DNA of 64,000 nucleotides, taken from assembly GCF_963921235.1 (NCBI RefSeq), contig NC_086097.1, positions 69,132,001 through 69,196,000 on the forward strand. The letters are read 5' to 3'. Of this stretch, positions 1-12,333 are shown piece by piece. Position numbers and translations under genes: made by a program. Below the pieces are notes generated by a model that did no database searches, was not told where the DNA came from, and saw only the letters and a program-made list of their open reading frames with translations. Every line of letters begins with the position of its first letter. The stretch's first letter is position 1. This DNA comes from Mobula hypostoma. Lineage: Eukaryota.

Positions 1-303
1 GTATCTTCAAGGAATTCTTTACTTCAGGAAAGTCTCTCCTAATTGACTGTATAAATCTCTTGGACTTTCAAATTTACCATTCGAAGAACTGTGTTTGAAT
101 TTACCACTTTAAGACTGTGTTCGCATTTACCGCTTCAAGAACTAGTACTGAGTTTGGCGGTTTGTTAAATGGCCGTATAGCAGTTTACTTCCGGTTAAGG
201 TTTTTGTTTGTTATTTTTTTAATATTGAGCAGAGTTTAATAAATGTTCGTTTGTTTATAAATCCTGACTCAACTCTATATTCATTGTTGCCGGTCACGTG
301 ACA
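1..303 (+). mobile_element. Probable 3' part of an LTR, truncated by the window edge
   Basis: Short internal direct repeats (actgtgtt..atttacc), AATAAA near 238-243, and a terminus ...tcacgtgACA typical of LTR ends. Confidence 0.4.
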
Positions 304-632
304 CTTTAAGGTGCTCCTTACAACTTACCTCTTTAAAGAAACTACTGGTCATCTGCCCTGATACTTCATGTGGCTCTCAGTCGGTTTGTTTTTACTTCTG
401 TTATGTATTAGATGTTCTTCATAAATGAAAGTTGTTTTGGTGTTGTTGGGAGGTGAGGTAGGCAGACCAATTTAATGAAGTAGCTGCAACCAATGTTCAG
501 ACATTTTCTAAACATTATAATGTTCTCCCTGCAATGTGTTGGTGCAAAGCCCAGACACTTGCAGAATAATACATTCATATATGGATCGTGTGTATCTTCA
601 ATGGGCGTTGGGTGTGTGCATACTAGCATAAG

Positions 633-872
633 TGTTGTGTATTTAATATTTCAGTAGTATTTGAGTAACATTGTAAATATATTGTTTGATAAAGCATTCT
701 TTGGTGTTTGCATAATTCATTATGTGTTAGATATAGAAGTATGTCAATGTCATACATCATTACACCACCACATTATGCCTGCACCTAGCTAAAGTATAAC
801 AAATTACATGAATTAGCAGTGGTTGTCCCATGTTTTTCTTTTGATTGGTTTTTGAAGTTACAAAACAAAACA
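633..872 (+). mobile_element. Solo LTR-like element
   Basis: TGTTG...AAACA termini with near-identical 5-bp flanks (ataag/atagg). The same family occurs in reverse orientation at 10491-10641 + 16687-16740. Confidence 0.6.
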
Positions 873-1994
873 ATAGGCTTTGATTTTCTGCCTGAAAAAA
901 TTGTGACACCCTAGAATTTTTTGGCCCACTCTCTCCTGATGGAAGTAGTAAAAGCTTAAAAATTGCTGCAGCAAGCTAATATTTCTGATGATTTAAAACT
1001 GGCATTTTTGTGCATACTCTACATTAAACTGGGTTAAAATGACAAAGCTGCTCCATATTTTTTAATCTCACTATTCATTTTCAGGATAATTTTTTTGCTT
1101 CTTCAGCAAAAATATTTTTCTTCATCAGTACTGCAAATAGACCAAATGCTCTATAATGACATACTCCCAGTTTTACAAACAGAGGCATATAAGTCATAAT
1201 TTAATCCAGTTACAATTCATCACAAATGAAGGACAACATTTAACCATTGAGAAAATAAAAGGCTTTCAAATTGCAAACTATGGATCTACTTTACAAAAAC
1301 TCTTTAATGTTGAAAAGCGTACAAAAGTAAATTATAAAATATTATTTATTACTAAAAGCTACCAAAGTATAAAATGATAGACTGCAGTGCTTACTATTTA
1401 CATTTAAAGTGAGAATGGTAATATATTCTAAGATGCTGGTTTAAGTTTACAGATCAAACAGCAGTTCTTGCAGTAGTTTCATGATGAGAAACGCACTGAG
1501 AATAGATCAACAAAATCCACATTTCATTTTGTCTTTCATTGCTTTTGCTGTGGCCTTAAAATAATTCACGTCTGCATCTGAGTTCCAATCTTTGGCCCTC
1601 TGACACTGAGAGAAGATACTTAGCACAATCGAATAATTTAGGATGGTTTCCCTGAATCCAATGATGCTAAATGACAAGAAGATTAAAAGTGAACATTGGA
1701 GGAAGACAACCAAATACTTATAATTAACATTATGGTTAAGTCTGGTGACAGCTTTGCTGTTACTGCAAAAATCTGCAGTGAGAAGATCACGAAAAGCAGG
1801 CCCCCTCCATGGACTCTGTCCACAGTTCTTACTGCCAGTATAACCAAAGATCTCACTCAAACTGACATTTTCTGTTCTCCGTGCCATTGGGCAGAAGAAA
1901 CAAAAGGCCCATGCCACCAGGCTCAAGGACAACTTCAATCCCCCATTATAATACTATTGAGTTGTTCCCTAGTACAATAAATACAGGCTCTTGA

Positions 1995-2190
1995 CTTAAC
2001 ATACTACCTCGTCATGACCTTGCATTTTATTGTCTACTGACACTGTATTTTCTCTGTAGCTGTAACGCTTACTGCACTGGTTCTACCTCAATGCACTGTT
2101 GTAATGAACTGATCTGTGTCAACAGTATGCAAGACAAGTTTTTCACCTGCCTGATACATGTAACAGTATGAAACTAGTTTATCGACTTTA
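1995..2190 (+). mobile_element. 3' tail fragment of a Rex1/L2-like LINE or SINE
   Basis: Resembles the tgcactg/ttattgt-rich 3' tails of the Rex-type elements elsewhere in the window. Confidence 0.35.
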
Positions 2191-2438
2191 CTGAAAAATG
2201 CTGTAAAAATAAATGAAGTAAATCAATGTGGTCATCATCACTTGAAATGGGAAAATTTCAAAGAGGATGTTGCAGCTAATCAGTCTGCACTGTACTGCTC
2301 TGATGTATGTACATATATAACACTTAAGGTTCACTAAACCATATTTTCAAAAAGAAAAAAAATCTATGCAATGCATGGACTTTGGATGCCATTTAAATTA
2401 AAAATCACTTGATTCTAAGTTTTAAAAGGGCTGTGCAA

Positions 2439-4150
2439 TTAATTTGTTGAGTCTGGATACTCTAATGGCATTTTATTAGGTTCAGCAGAATTTTCACGAG
2501 TTTCACTAAAAGACTGAGGTGATTTAAACTTCCTATCCTTCAACAGATCCTTGTTGAAGACCATAGACATAGAAGCAGAATTAGGCCATTTGGCCCTTTG
2601 AGTCTGCTCCACCACTTCATCAACCCATTCTCCTGCCTTCTCCCTGTAACCTCCTTTCTCCCGTGAAAACAGTGTGAAGGAAAATGGTGAAATCGCATTA
2701 CAGTCTGAGCAGAACAGCAATCTCATTGTTCAACAACGTTCAAGACATTTTCGAGTGCTTCAGGACAATTTTCCAAGCGACATTTTCCTCTGGTTCCTCT
2801 TCATCATCATTTTCTTCTTCTTGATCATTACATTTGTTACAATTCAAAACACTTTCTATGACTTCTTCACTGTTTGTACGGATGCTGAAACAGGAGTATC
2901 CTTCTTACGTCCTTCCTACCACTCAATTAGTTCACCGCTCAAATGATTTTTCACTAGATTTTCAGAACCTGCACAGTCCACTAATTTCAATATTTCATCA
3001 CATACCGTCACCATCTGGCTGACTTTAAGCAATGAAACCCTTCATAACTTCGTCATTAGATGACCCTTCTTCAAACATGACATGAAGCCATTGTTTCACC
3101 AATATCTTCAGTGTTTCCCTCTTCACCTATTTCCATGCAAAAGGCACATTAGAAATTGCACCTTGATGGAATATTTTGCCTAAAAGTTTCAAATTTTCCT
3201 TTGAACTTTATCAGCTTTCTTATAAAGACATGCTAGTACAGTTTTTACTTATTGTATAATGTCCTGTTTCATATGCTGAATTAAACTTGTCACTGTAGCA
3301 GGGGAAAAAATAACATTATTCCCATTCATAAATTCTTCTGCAGGAGGATGAGTGAGGCTATACCCTAACAAAAGTACAGCATGACTTCATTTCCTTCTAG
3401 CAGACATTTACTCAAAATATCATTTTATGCTCAGTATAAATATATGTTGAAGTCACCAAACAAAGATCTCTGCATCCATCCAGATATTACTTTGAGCTTT
3501 ACACTTAACAGTGAAACCTTTCAAAAATTTTAGCTTAGACTACTTCCTAATAACAAATAACATGATGTGTTCCTGAAACATCTGTACTCAAAAGCACAGT
3601 TATCTTTCTTGCTCACACCAGCTAGATTGCAAATTAACCCAGTTTTGTCAGCATTATTGACTTACCCTGCAGTCAGTTCATGTTCAACAACTAAATTCTG
3701 AGAAGTTTCACTGCTGTTTTTTATTGGTATGTTATTTTTTGCCAGAAATGTCTTGTCTTTGAATTCTACACTGAATCCTGAAGCAAGTGAACAATTATTG
3801 AGAAAAGGCACATGGCTCTGTGAGTTTAATGTTTTCATAAAATTCCTTTACTTTTTCCATTAGCATTGGCTCTAAAACATGTGTCTCCCGAACTTGAGCA
3901 AAAAGCAAGATCAAGATTGTCAAGGTTTGTTGTATGCACAGCATTTTCAAAACTTTTGTCCCTTGTTGGGTTTGGGAAGCACTCTTGAAGCTTTAGTTTG
4001 CAATTTAATATCATAAATCATTGAGGAACATTGAATTCATTCATAAGATAGTCACAATGTTCACCATTTTCCAGACTTTCACACTCTGTTCCAACCTCAG
4101 TCAAGAGAGTACAAAGAGAAAAAAGTTGAAGGATGTGCTCAAAACTTCCT
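2439..4150 (-). pseudogene. Degenerate pogo/Tigger (Jerky-like) transposase relic
   Basis: Manual minus-strand translation gives colinear motifs: LENGEHCDYLMNEFNV..IYDIK (HTH), ELTAG*VNNADKTGL (cf. IYNADETGL), AISNVPFAWK*VKRETL, and an acidic tail EEENDDEEEPEE. Many stops and frameshifts; a CR1 tail is inserted at about 2555-2660. Confidence 0.7.
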
Positions 4151-4559
4151 TATAGAAATGCAACATCACCACTAAGTCCTAGAAACCTGTGGGCCATTGC
4201 CACTCAAATGATCATTTAGATAGAGATCTAAATATAGGAACAAGAGAACCTTAAGGGTATGCATCAGGAGCACTTAGAAACACTGGAACAGGAGTGCATC
4301 ACTTTGCAAACTACCTTCATTTGTACTGCTATTTTTGCCACCAATATCCAAGATTCTATGGGTAGAAATTTGTCTCATTTGCTTGTGTAATCATGCAATA
4401 AAAAAGCAGTGCAGTGAAATTCAATTCATGTGGAAGCAGAGTATAACACTGTCTCTTTGTTGTCCAACATAATTCACTGAGTAAGAAGGTGGCACTTAGA
4501 TCAAATCTCCAAACTGAAATTGAATGCGAAATAATATACAAAACATGCATCCATGTGAT

Positions 4560-5013
4560 TTAAGAGCAGGAGTAAGCCTCTTGTCCCCACTAGCTAATAA
4601 AATTATGCTGATATCTGTGAGTGAAGTCAACTCTGTATTCCTGATTTAAATAGTGACAAGTATCCATTTCTCTATGCCTTAAATATATTCAAGGACCCTG
4701 CTTCCACCACACTCATGGCCATTTCGGAGAACATACTTTGTCTCACCTTTATCTTAAGTGGCAACCCCTAATTTTAAACCGAGATGCCTTGTTCTAGATT
4801 CTGCCACAAGGAGGGGAATCCACCCTGTCAAGACTTCATCAGGATCTGCAATCAGATCCCCTCCTCACCTTTGTAAACTGCAGAAATACAAACATAGCCT
4901 ATCCAGCATTTCTACATTGGACGGCCCAGGAAGTAAATATCTTCTGAACTGCTTTTAATGCATTAACATGCTTCCTTAAATAGGGAGAGAAATACCCTAC
5001 ACAATAATCCAGA
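4560..5013 (-). mobile_element. Old CR1 LINE 3' fragment
   Basis: Degenerate similarity to the CR1 3' ends at 50615-51200 (gagcaggagtaagcc..., gttctagattct...). Confidence 0.55.
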
Positions 5014-5014
5014 T

Positions 5015-5714
5015 CAACGTACACAAAATGCTGGAGGAACTCAGTAGGTCAGGCAGCATCTCTGGAAAAGAGTTGACGTTTCAGGCCGAGACCCTTCATC
5101 AGGACTGGAAAGGAAGTGGAGAAGTCAGAAGAATAAAGTAGGGGAGGGGAGGAAAAAGTACAAGGTGACGGGTGATAGGTGAAATCAGGACAGTGGGAGG
5201 GGTGGAGTAAAGAGCTGGGAAGTTGATTGGTTAAAGAGATAAAAGGCTAGAGAAGGAGGATAGAGGACAGAAGACCATGGAAGAAAGGGAAGGGGGAGGA
5301 ACACCAGAGGGAGGTGATGGGCAAGTAAGGAGATCAGGTGAGAGAGGAAAACAGGAACAGAGAATAGCGGGGGGGGGGGCGTCAGTCACGGTAAGCTCGA
5401 GAAATCAATGTTTATGCCATCAGATTGGAGGCTACCCAAGTGGAATATAAAATGTTGCTCCTCCAACTTTAGTGTGGCCTCATCGCAGCAGTAGAGGAGG
5501 CCATGGACTGTCATTTTGGAATGGGAATGGGAAGTGAAATTAAAATGGGTAGACACCGGGAGATCCCGCTTTTTTATAGCAGACGGAGCAAAAATGCTTA
5601 ATGAAGCAGTCTCCCAATCTACATTAGGTCTCACCAATATACAGGAGGCCACACTGGAAGTACCAGTTACAGTAACTGACTCTGAAAGACTCGCAGGTGA
5701 AATTTCGCCTCACT
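5015..5714 (-). mobile_element. Penelope-like element fragment (GIY-YIG endonuclease plus terminal repeat)
   Basis: Reverse-complement homologue of 23980-24800; encodes a decayed YIGET..RLGDCF.EH-like GIY-YIG region. Terminus acacaaaatgctggaggaactcag. Confidence 0.75.
5070..5107 (-). ncRNA. Minimal type I hammerhead ribozyme motif in the Penelope terminus
   Basis: Minus strand reads CCAGUC-CUGAUGA-AGG(GUCUCGG)CCU-GAAAC-GUC: intact core boxes, stem II, and a palindromic ACGU stem III. The 3' arm of stem I is partly mutated. Confidence 0.65.
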
Positions 5715-5719
5715 TTGCG

Positions 5720-7768
5720 TGGAGTTCTGCATAGTACATTCCAATGATACAGGGAACGGCTGCTAGGGTACAGGAACCATGGTGTACAAAGGTTGGTGTA
5801 AATCTAGTCAAGAAGAAAAGAAGAGCTTACGAAAGGTTCAAAATACTAGGTAATGATAGAGATCTAGGAGAATATAAGGCTAGCAGGAAGGAAGGAGTTT
5901 AAGAAACAAATTAGGAGATTCAGAAGAGGCCACAAGAAGGCCTTGGCGGGCAGGATTAAGAAAAACCCCCAAGGCATTCTACAAGTATGTGAAGAGTAAG
6001 AGGATAAACTGCGAGAGAATAGGACCAATCAAGTGTAACAATGGAAAAGTGTGTATGGAACCAGAGGAGACAGCAGAGGTACTTAATGAGTACTTTGCTT
6101 CAGTATTCACTATGGAGAAGGATCTTGGCAATTGTAGGGATGACTTACAGCGGACTGAAAAGCTTGAGCATGTAGATATTAAGAAAGAGGATGTGTTTTT
6201 GGAAAGCATCAAATTGGATAAGTCACCGGGACTGGATGAGATGTACCCCAGGTTACTGTGGGAGGTGAGGGAGGAGATTGCTGAGCCTCTGGCGATATGA
6301 TCTTTGTATCATCAATGGGGCCGGGAGAGATTTTGGAGGATTGGAAGGTTGCGGATGTCGTTCCCTTATTCAAGAAAGGGAGTAGGGATGGCCCAGGAAA
6401 TTATAGACCAGTGAGTCTTCTTTCAGTGGTTGGTAAGTTGATGGAGAAGATCCTGAGAGGCAGGATTTATGAACATTTGGAGAGGCATAATATGATTAGG
6501 AATAGTCAGTATGGCTTTGTCAAAGGCAGGTCGTGCCTTATGAGCCTGATTGAATTACTTGAGGTGTTGAAGAAGGAAGAGCAGTAGACGTAGTGTATAT
6601 GTATTTCAGCAAGGCATTTGATAAGGTATCCCATGCAAGGCTTATTGAGTAAGTAAGGAGGCATGGGATCCAAGGGGACATTGCTTTGTGGATCCAGAAC
6701 TGGCTTGCCACAGAAGGCAAAGAGTGGTTGTAGACGGGTCATATTCTGCATGGAGGTCAGTCACCAGTGGTGTGCTTCAGGGATCTGTTCTGGGACTCCT
6801 ACTTGCTGTGATTTTTATAAATGACCTGGATGAGGAAATGGAGGGATGAGTTAGTATGTTTGCTGATGACACAAAGGTTGGAAGTGTTGTGGATAGTGTG
6901 GAGGGCTGTCAGAGGTTACAGCGGGACATTGATAGGATGCAAAACTGGGATGAGAAGTAGAGGATGGAGTTCAACCCAGAAAAGTGTGAAATGGTTCATT
7001 TTGGTAGGTCAAATATGATGGCAGAATATAGTATTAATGGTATGACTCTTGGCAGTGTGGAGGAACAGTGGGATCTTGTGGTCTGAGTCCATAAACATTC
7101 AAAGCTGCTGCACAGGTTGACTCTGTGGTTAAGAAAGCATACGGTGCTTTGGACTTCATCAATTGTGGGATTGAGTTTAGGAGCTGAGAGGTAATGTTGC
7201 AGCTATATAGGACCCTGGTCAGACCCCACTTGGACTACTGTGCTCATTTCTGGTCGCCTCACTATAGGAGGGATTTGGAAACCATAGAAAGGGTGCAGAG
7301 AAGACTTACAAGGATGTTGCCTGGATTGGGGAGCATGCCTTATGAGAATAGGTTGAGTGAACGCGGCCTTTTTTCCTTCGAGCAACAGAGGATGAGAGGT
7401 GACCTGATAGAGATGTATAAGATGATGACAGGCATTGATCATGTGGATAGTCGGAGGCTTTTTCCCAGGGCTAAAATGGCTAGCATGAGAGGGCACAGTT
7501 TTAAGGTGCTTGGAAGTAGGTACAGAGGAGATGTCAGGGGTAAGTTTTTTATGCGGAGTGTGGTGAGTGTGTGGAATGGACTGCTGGCTAGGGTGGTGGA
7601 GACGGATACCATCGGGTCTTTTAAGAGACTCCTGGACAGGTACACAGAGCTCAGAAAAGTAGAGGGCTATGTGTAACCCTAGGTAATTTCTAAGGTAAGG
7701 ACATGTTCAGCACAGCTTTGTGGGCCGAAGGGCTTGCATTGTGCTGTAGGTTTTCTATGTTTCTATTT
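5720..7768 (+). mobile_element. CR1 LINE, 5'-truncated, with decayed ORF2 reverse transcriptase
   Basis: ORFs 5989-6300, 6297-6587 and 7194-7676 contain KSPGLDEMYPRLL, PLFKKG..GNYRPVSL and LVRPHLDYC. QGSVLG and FADDTK are visible in the DNA; (tttctatg) tail. Confidence 0.92.
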
Positions 7769-9947
7769 AGCAGCCATAACATTGTAAAATGTGAGGCATC
7801 CCTAAAACACACTATTATTGCATCTTGCCAACCAGTAAAAGAAAAGAACAATTTATACCTCCCCTTGATTACCTTTTAGCTCATTAATATTCTATCTGTG
7901 CCAACATTTCACTACATATACCATGAGTTTCTGTTTTCTGAAATGTAACACCATTTGACGTGCATTCTAGAAATCTTTGTAGTGTTTATCCACTGGTTCC
8001 TTTTTATTCACAGCTCATTTTGGTTCCAAGATGTGAAAATAGGACATTTTCAGCAAAATATGCCAGCAGTTCCAGTCACACAGCAACTCGTAGGGTGAGC
8101 AATAACATGTTCTACCCATATCACCATGGTTAGAGGAAGTTTGCTGCAATTCACTGATGCTCTTATTTCACCCAATCCTTCCCAAGCAACACGTTCTAAA
8201 TATTGATTTGAAAAGGATGAAAGGTGCTCACTTTGAACATCCAGAATTCTTAAGGGTGACAGGGTAGATGCAGGATTTATGTGTCCCTGTCTAGAACCAT
8301 GGTTTCAGGGACAGAGATAAGAAAAAAAAAATCCCACCAGCAGTTCTTGATTCTTTGGAATTATCCACCCAAGAGGCTGCATAGGGTCAGACAGAGTGTA
8401 TACTGAAGACAGTGATGAAGTTTTTACACTAAGGTAAAAAATACTAGAACAGCTAGCGGGGTGAATGACATACACCTGCTTCTATTACACCCAAGACGAG
8501 GGATACCACTGCCTGCAGATGTGACTTTGCAGATACCACATTTCAAATGTGAGATATACTACGACCAAACCACTCCTTAAGTCCAGGTGACGTGTAACCT
8601 AAAGCCCAACTGTTTCAGTACACAATCTCCAGCACACACTCTAATCACAACATATGAAGTGCATTGATCTGCATTCTGATTATTTTCCTCCTTTGGAAAC
8701 CTTGAGCAAATGATTAGAAGCTTAGTCCAAAGCAGCTCATGGTTTAAATTTAGCTCTGACCTTCTGCAGGTGAATGCACTGAAATACCCCAATGCTGTGC
8801 TAAGTATCAGTTTAGAAATTTCTGTTAATAAGAAGTGTGAGGTGTTGTTTTAGTACAAAGAGACCATTATAATTTCTGATTCAGCAAAATTTAGCCTGAT
8901 GTTAGGTTTTGTTGAATTTTCTGTTGCATATATCTCCAATCAGTGTGAAATTGCTCAGAATCAGCTGACACAGCATAGAGTGCAGAGCTAACCAAGTGTG
9001 GCTTGGCTGCAATACGCAGAACTTCTTATCAGATGGCAACAATTGTCATTAATAATCAGGAGATCTTGATAATTTTCCCAATCCACACATTAGTTCAATG
9101 TGCCTGAATAAAATCATTGTACAGAACCAGATCAGGGTGTTTTCTTTTGCATCTGTAACTATGGTGATATGTTAATATTTGTGTCACATCCCTTTGACTG
9201 CAATTCCCACTGACATGAGTGAATCAACAGTGCAGATGTCAGCGACCACCCAGATTCCAATGCATTACACTGTGCCAAAACTAGACTTTGCAAACTTGAA
9301 CTTCTCATTTTCTTAGAAAAACAGCAATTATGTTTATTCAACTGGAAAACTGTAATTCAGTGTAAACACACTGTGTACACGGGTTATATCTTTGCTCCTG
9401 ACAATTCCAAAAACCTGTAGCTACAGTATATTCACTAAATGGCAATAAAAAGTATTATGCTTTTTAATCATAAATACAAATCCAACAATTGAAGTCAAAG
9501 TTAAACATTGACTTCTGCAAGGGGATCACAAACTGCAATCTACTCTGACGCTGAAGATGGATAAACAGAGAAGAGGCTTCAGGTTTTTCTGGTCTCCTAG
9601 GACTCAGGTTTACCCTGCTGAGGATGACTAATTCAGACGAGGGCTTCCAAAATAGATGCAGATGTTCTCTGATAATCTGTCTCATGAAGTGACCTCAGTA
9701 ATAGAAGCAATTGCACTTAGGGAGGTGTTAGATAAAACTACTTGCTGCATTCTGAAAGGCTCCCAATGCTGGAATATAAAAGCACCAGGAAACAGTAAAC
9801 TATAACTGTACAGATTCAGACCAAACAAAAGTGAATTACCAGACGGTGCAAAATGGCTTTGATTTTTATGTATGCTTAAATCAGACCCAGAAAAGTGAAG
9901 AGGATTTGTAGTGCATAGAAGTAAGTTTCCATTGGCATTTCATACGT

Positions 9948-10262
9948 AGTAAAGGCATCCGTTAGTCTTGTGAGACCATGGATCTGCGCCTGGAAAGTCT
10001 TCACTCTCCAGGGCACAGGCCTGGGCAAGGTTGTATGGAAGACAGGCAGTTGCCCATGCTGCAAGTCTCCCCTCTCCATGACAGTGATGTTGTCCAAGGG
10101 AAGGGCATTATGACCCATACAGCTTGGCACCAGTGTCGTCACAGAGCAATGTGTGATTAAGTGCCTTGCTCAAGGACACAACACGTTCCCTCAGCTGGGG
10201 CTCGAACTCATGACCTTCAGGTAGCTAGTCCAATGCCTTAACCACTTGGCCACGTGCCCACA
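9948..10262 (-). mobile_element. tRNA-derived SINE with CORE-like domain
   Basis: Minus strand shows a Pol III A box TGGCCAAGTGG, a B box GAGTTCGAGCC, and then gtgtccttgagcaaggcacttaa, resembling the CORE-SINE domain. Confidence 0.75.
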
Positions 10263-10821
10263 TTGGAAGCATTTCTTACTTAAAATTGTTGTTATCAGTG
10301 TTCATGTATTTTAATATCTTTGTTCCAAATGCCTCCTGAGTTATCTTTAATATGAATCAATACCGGTTCCTGTTAGTCACAGAATGGTAAAGTAACAATT
10401 GTAGTTCAACTTGTTAAATAAAATAGCAGCACTGATTTTGCTTAAGAACTCATTTGATTCTGAGCACGGTGAGTTAGGCAGTCAAACAGTATGTTTTATA
10501 ACTCCAGAAACACAGGAGCCAGGATATTCTTTCCTTTATATTTAGTGAGGCTCTCACATATAACCTGGTGACATAATGACGTCTGCCATTCACGTGCTTC
10601 TTAAATGTAACCCATAATGAAATATGTAAACAAAGAATGCTGGGGGGGGTGGGGCGCTGTTGAGCCATGAGCAAGTAGGATGCACCCTCCTGTAGCTCCG
10701 GCAGTTTTGATATTAAAACTTCATTTTCACAAAGTCAATTTGAGGTTTAGGGTGGCAAACGAAGGGGAGGTGCTCTTCAAAACATACCAGAAGGAGAAAG
10801 AGCGAAGGAGTGCGCTACAAA

Positions 10822-11740
10822 ATGCCGAGAAGAGGAACGGCTAAGGCAGAGACGAATGAAGAAACAGTCCCAACTGATGCCTCGGAGCTCACGAGTGAGG
10901 GCCACGTGGAGCCATGTGCACAGAGTATGGACAACAATGCGGTATTGGTGGCCATAGAGTCGCTATGTGCAGAGCTAACTACAGTGAAGTCAGATATCTA
11001 TAAGAAAATTGAAGAAAAAGTTGCAGAGGTAGCAGTTGCTTTGAGAAGTGAAATGGCTTCGTTGACAGCGGAAAATGACGCTGCGATTACCGCATTGAAA
11101 GCCCAGCTGAATACACAGGATCAAACTCTGAAAGAGATAGCAGAGTCGGCTAACGGAGCTTCGGACATCGCTGTGGAGCTGGAAGGCAAGGTGAAACGAC
11201 TTTGTGGGCAAGTTGAAAATCCTTCAGAAAAATGCCTGGATTTAGAGGGACGTTCGAAACGACAAAATCTGAGAATTGCTGGCCTACGAGAGGGGAAGGA
11301 AAACGGGCAGAAGACAAGAGATTTCGCAGCACAGATGCTGAAAGAAGCTCTAAACCCGGAAGAGGCTCCGGTGATTGACCGAGCACATAGAGCAATTCGG
11401 AAGCACCCGGGGGACGATGAGCTGCCGCCATGACACCTGATCGTGAGGATCCATTATTGCCATGTATTTGAAGATATAATGCGGAAGGTGATAGGTACCA
11501 AGAATCTACAATATCAAGGACAAAGGATTCAGATCGTCAGAGACCTTCCATCCACGATGGCTAAATGACGTGCGGCTTTCGCACCGGTCAGGAGGTTGCT
11601 GCAGGATAGACCCAGAGTCAAGTTCGGCCTCCTCTATCCCACGAAGCTACGAGTGACAATTAACGGAACCGAGGCGGTGTTTACAAATCCAGAAGAAGCT
11701 GCCGGTATGTGGAACATCATTTGGGAAATGCTGAGAAGTG
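10822..11740 (+). pseudogene. L1 ORF1p (coiled coil plus RRM), disrupted
   Basis: DLEGRSKRQNLRIAGLREG and IDRAHR motifs; premature TGA at 11431-11433; homology continues (FGLLYPTKLRV). Confidence 0.88.
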
Positions 11741-12333
11741 ACTGTGCACAGTGAGAAGAAACCCCTTACAGAATGAAGATGCCCCAAGTAAAATTCCGCG
11801 GTAGGAAATTGTGAACGTTTCGAATATTAATGAGGCCCTGCCTCTAATCCCTGTAGAAAACAGGACTCTTTGAGTTATATTTGGATTGTATTATGTCGGA
11901 TTAAGGCCCTATAAGTGCACAGATAGTTATAAGAGTTGGTCTAAACTGGTGTTGTATGAGAAGTATGTTGTTAATGGTGCTAGACTTTCCGATTTATAGC
12001 TTTGAGAATCACTCTTACTTTAACATCTCGATAATCTCTGTTTGCTAGTTTTTCTCATTTTTTTCATTCCAATGCCAGATTTGGCTTTGTGACTATCTAT
12101 ATAACTGGGGAGCTACAAAATTGGTTCAGGGAAGTGTTAGAAATCAAGAAGTTATTCCTAGAGATTTGACTAGGTGTATTTGTGTATGGAGATATGGTTT
12201 TTTTCATTGGTTATTTCGAGCTTTCAAGGGTGATGGGGGTTGTGGGGTAAGGGAGTGCTGTTTAGGCACCATTCATTTCTAATGACCGATAGATTTACAA
12301 GGTCCAGAACAGGTCAAAAACATTATCATACAG

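Noticed and set aside
322..360. Minus-strand donor AG|GTAAGT after a short MTSSFFKE frame
   Set aside because: A single 6-mer match is expected by chance, and there is no other support within the window.
1507..1980. Overlapping 143-aa and 94-aa ORFs
   Set aside because: Non-ATG starts, no recognisable motif and no convincing splice context.
8577..9685. Short minus-strand ORFs as host exons
   Set aside because: No paired strong splice sites or recognisable protein similarity.
10190..10262. tRNA gene
   Set aside because: The A/B boxes continue into a SINE body and tail; this is a tRNA-derived SINE head.
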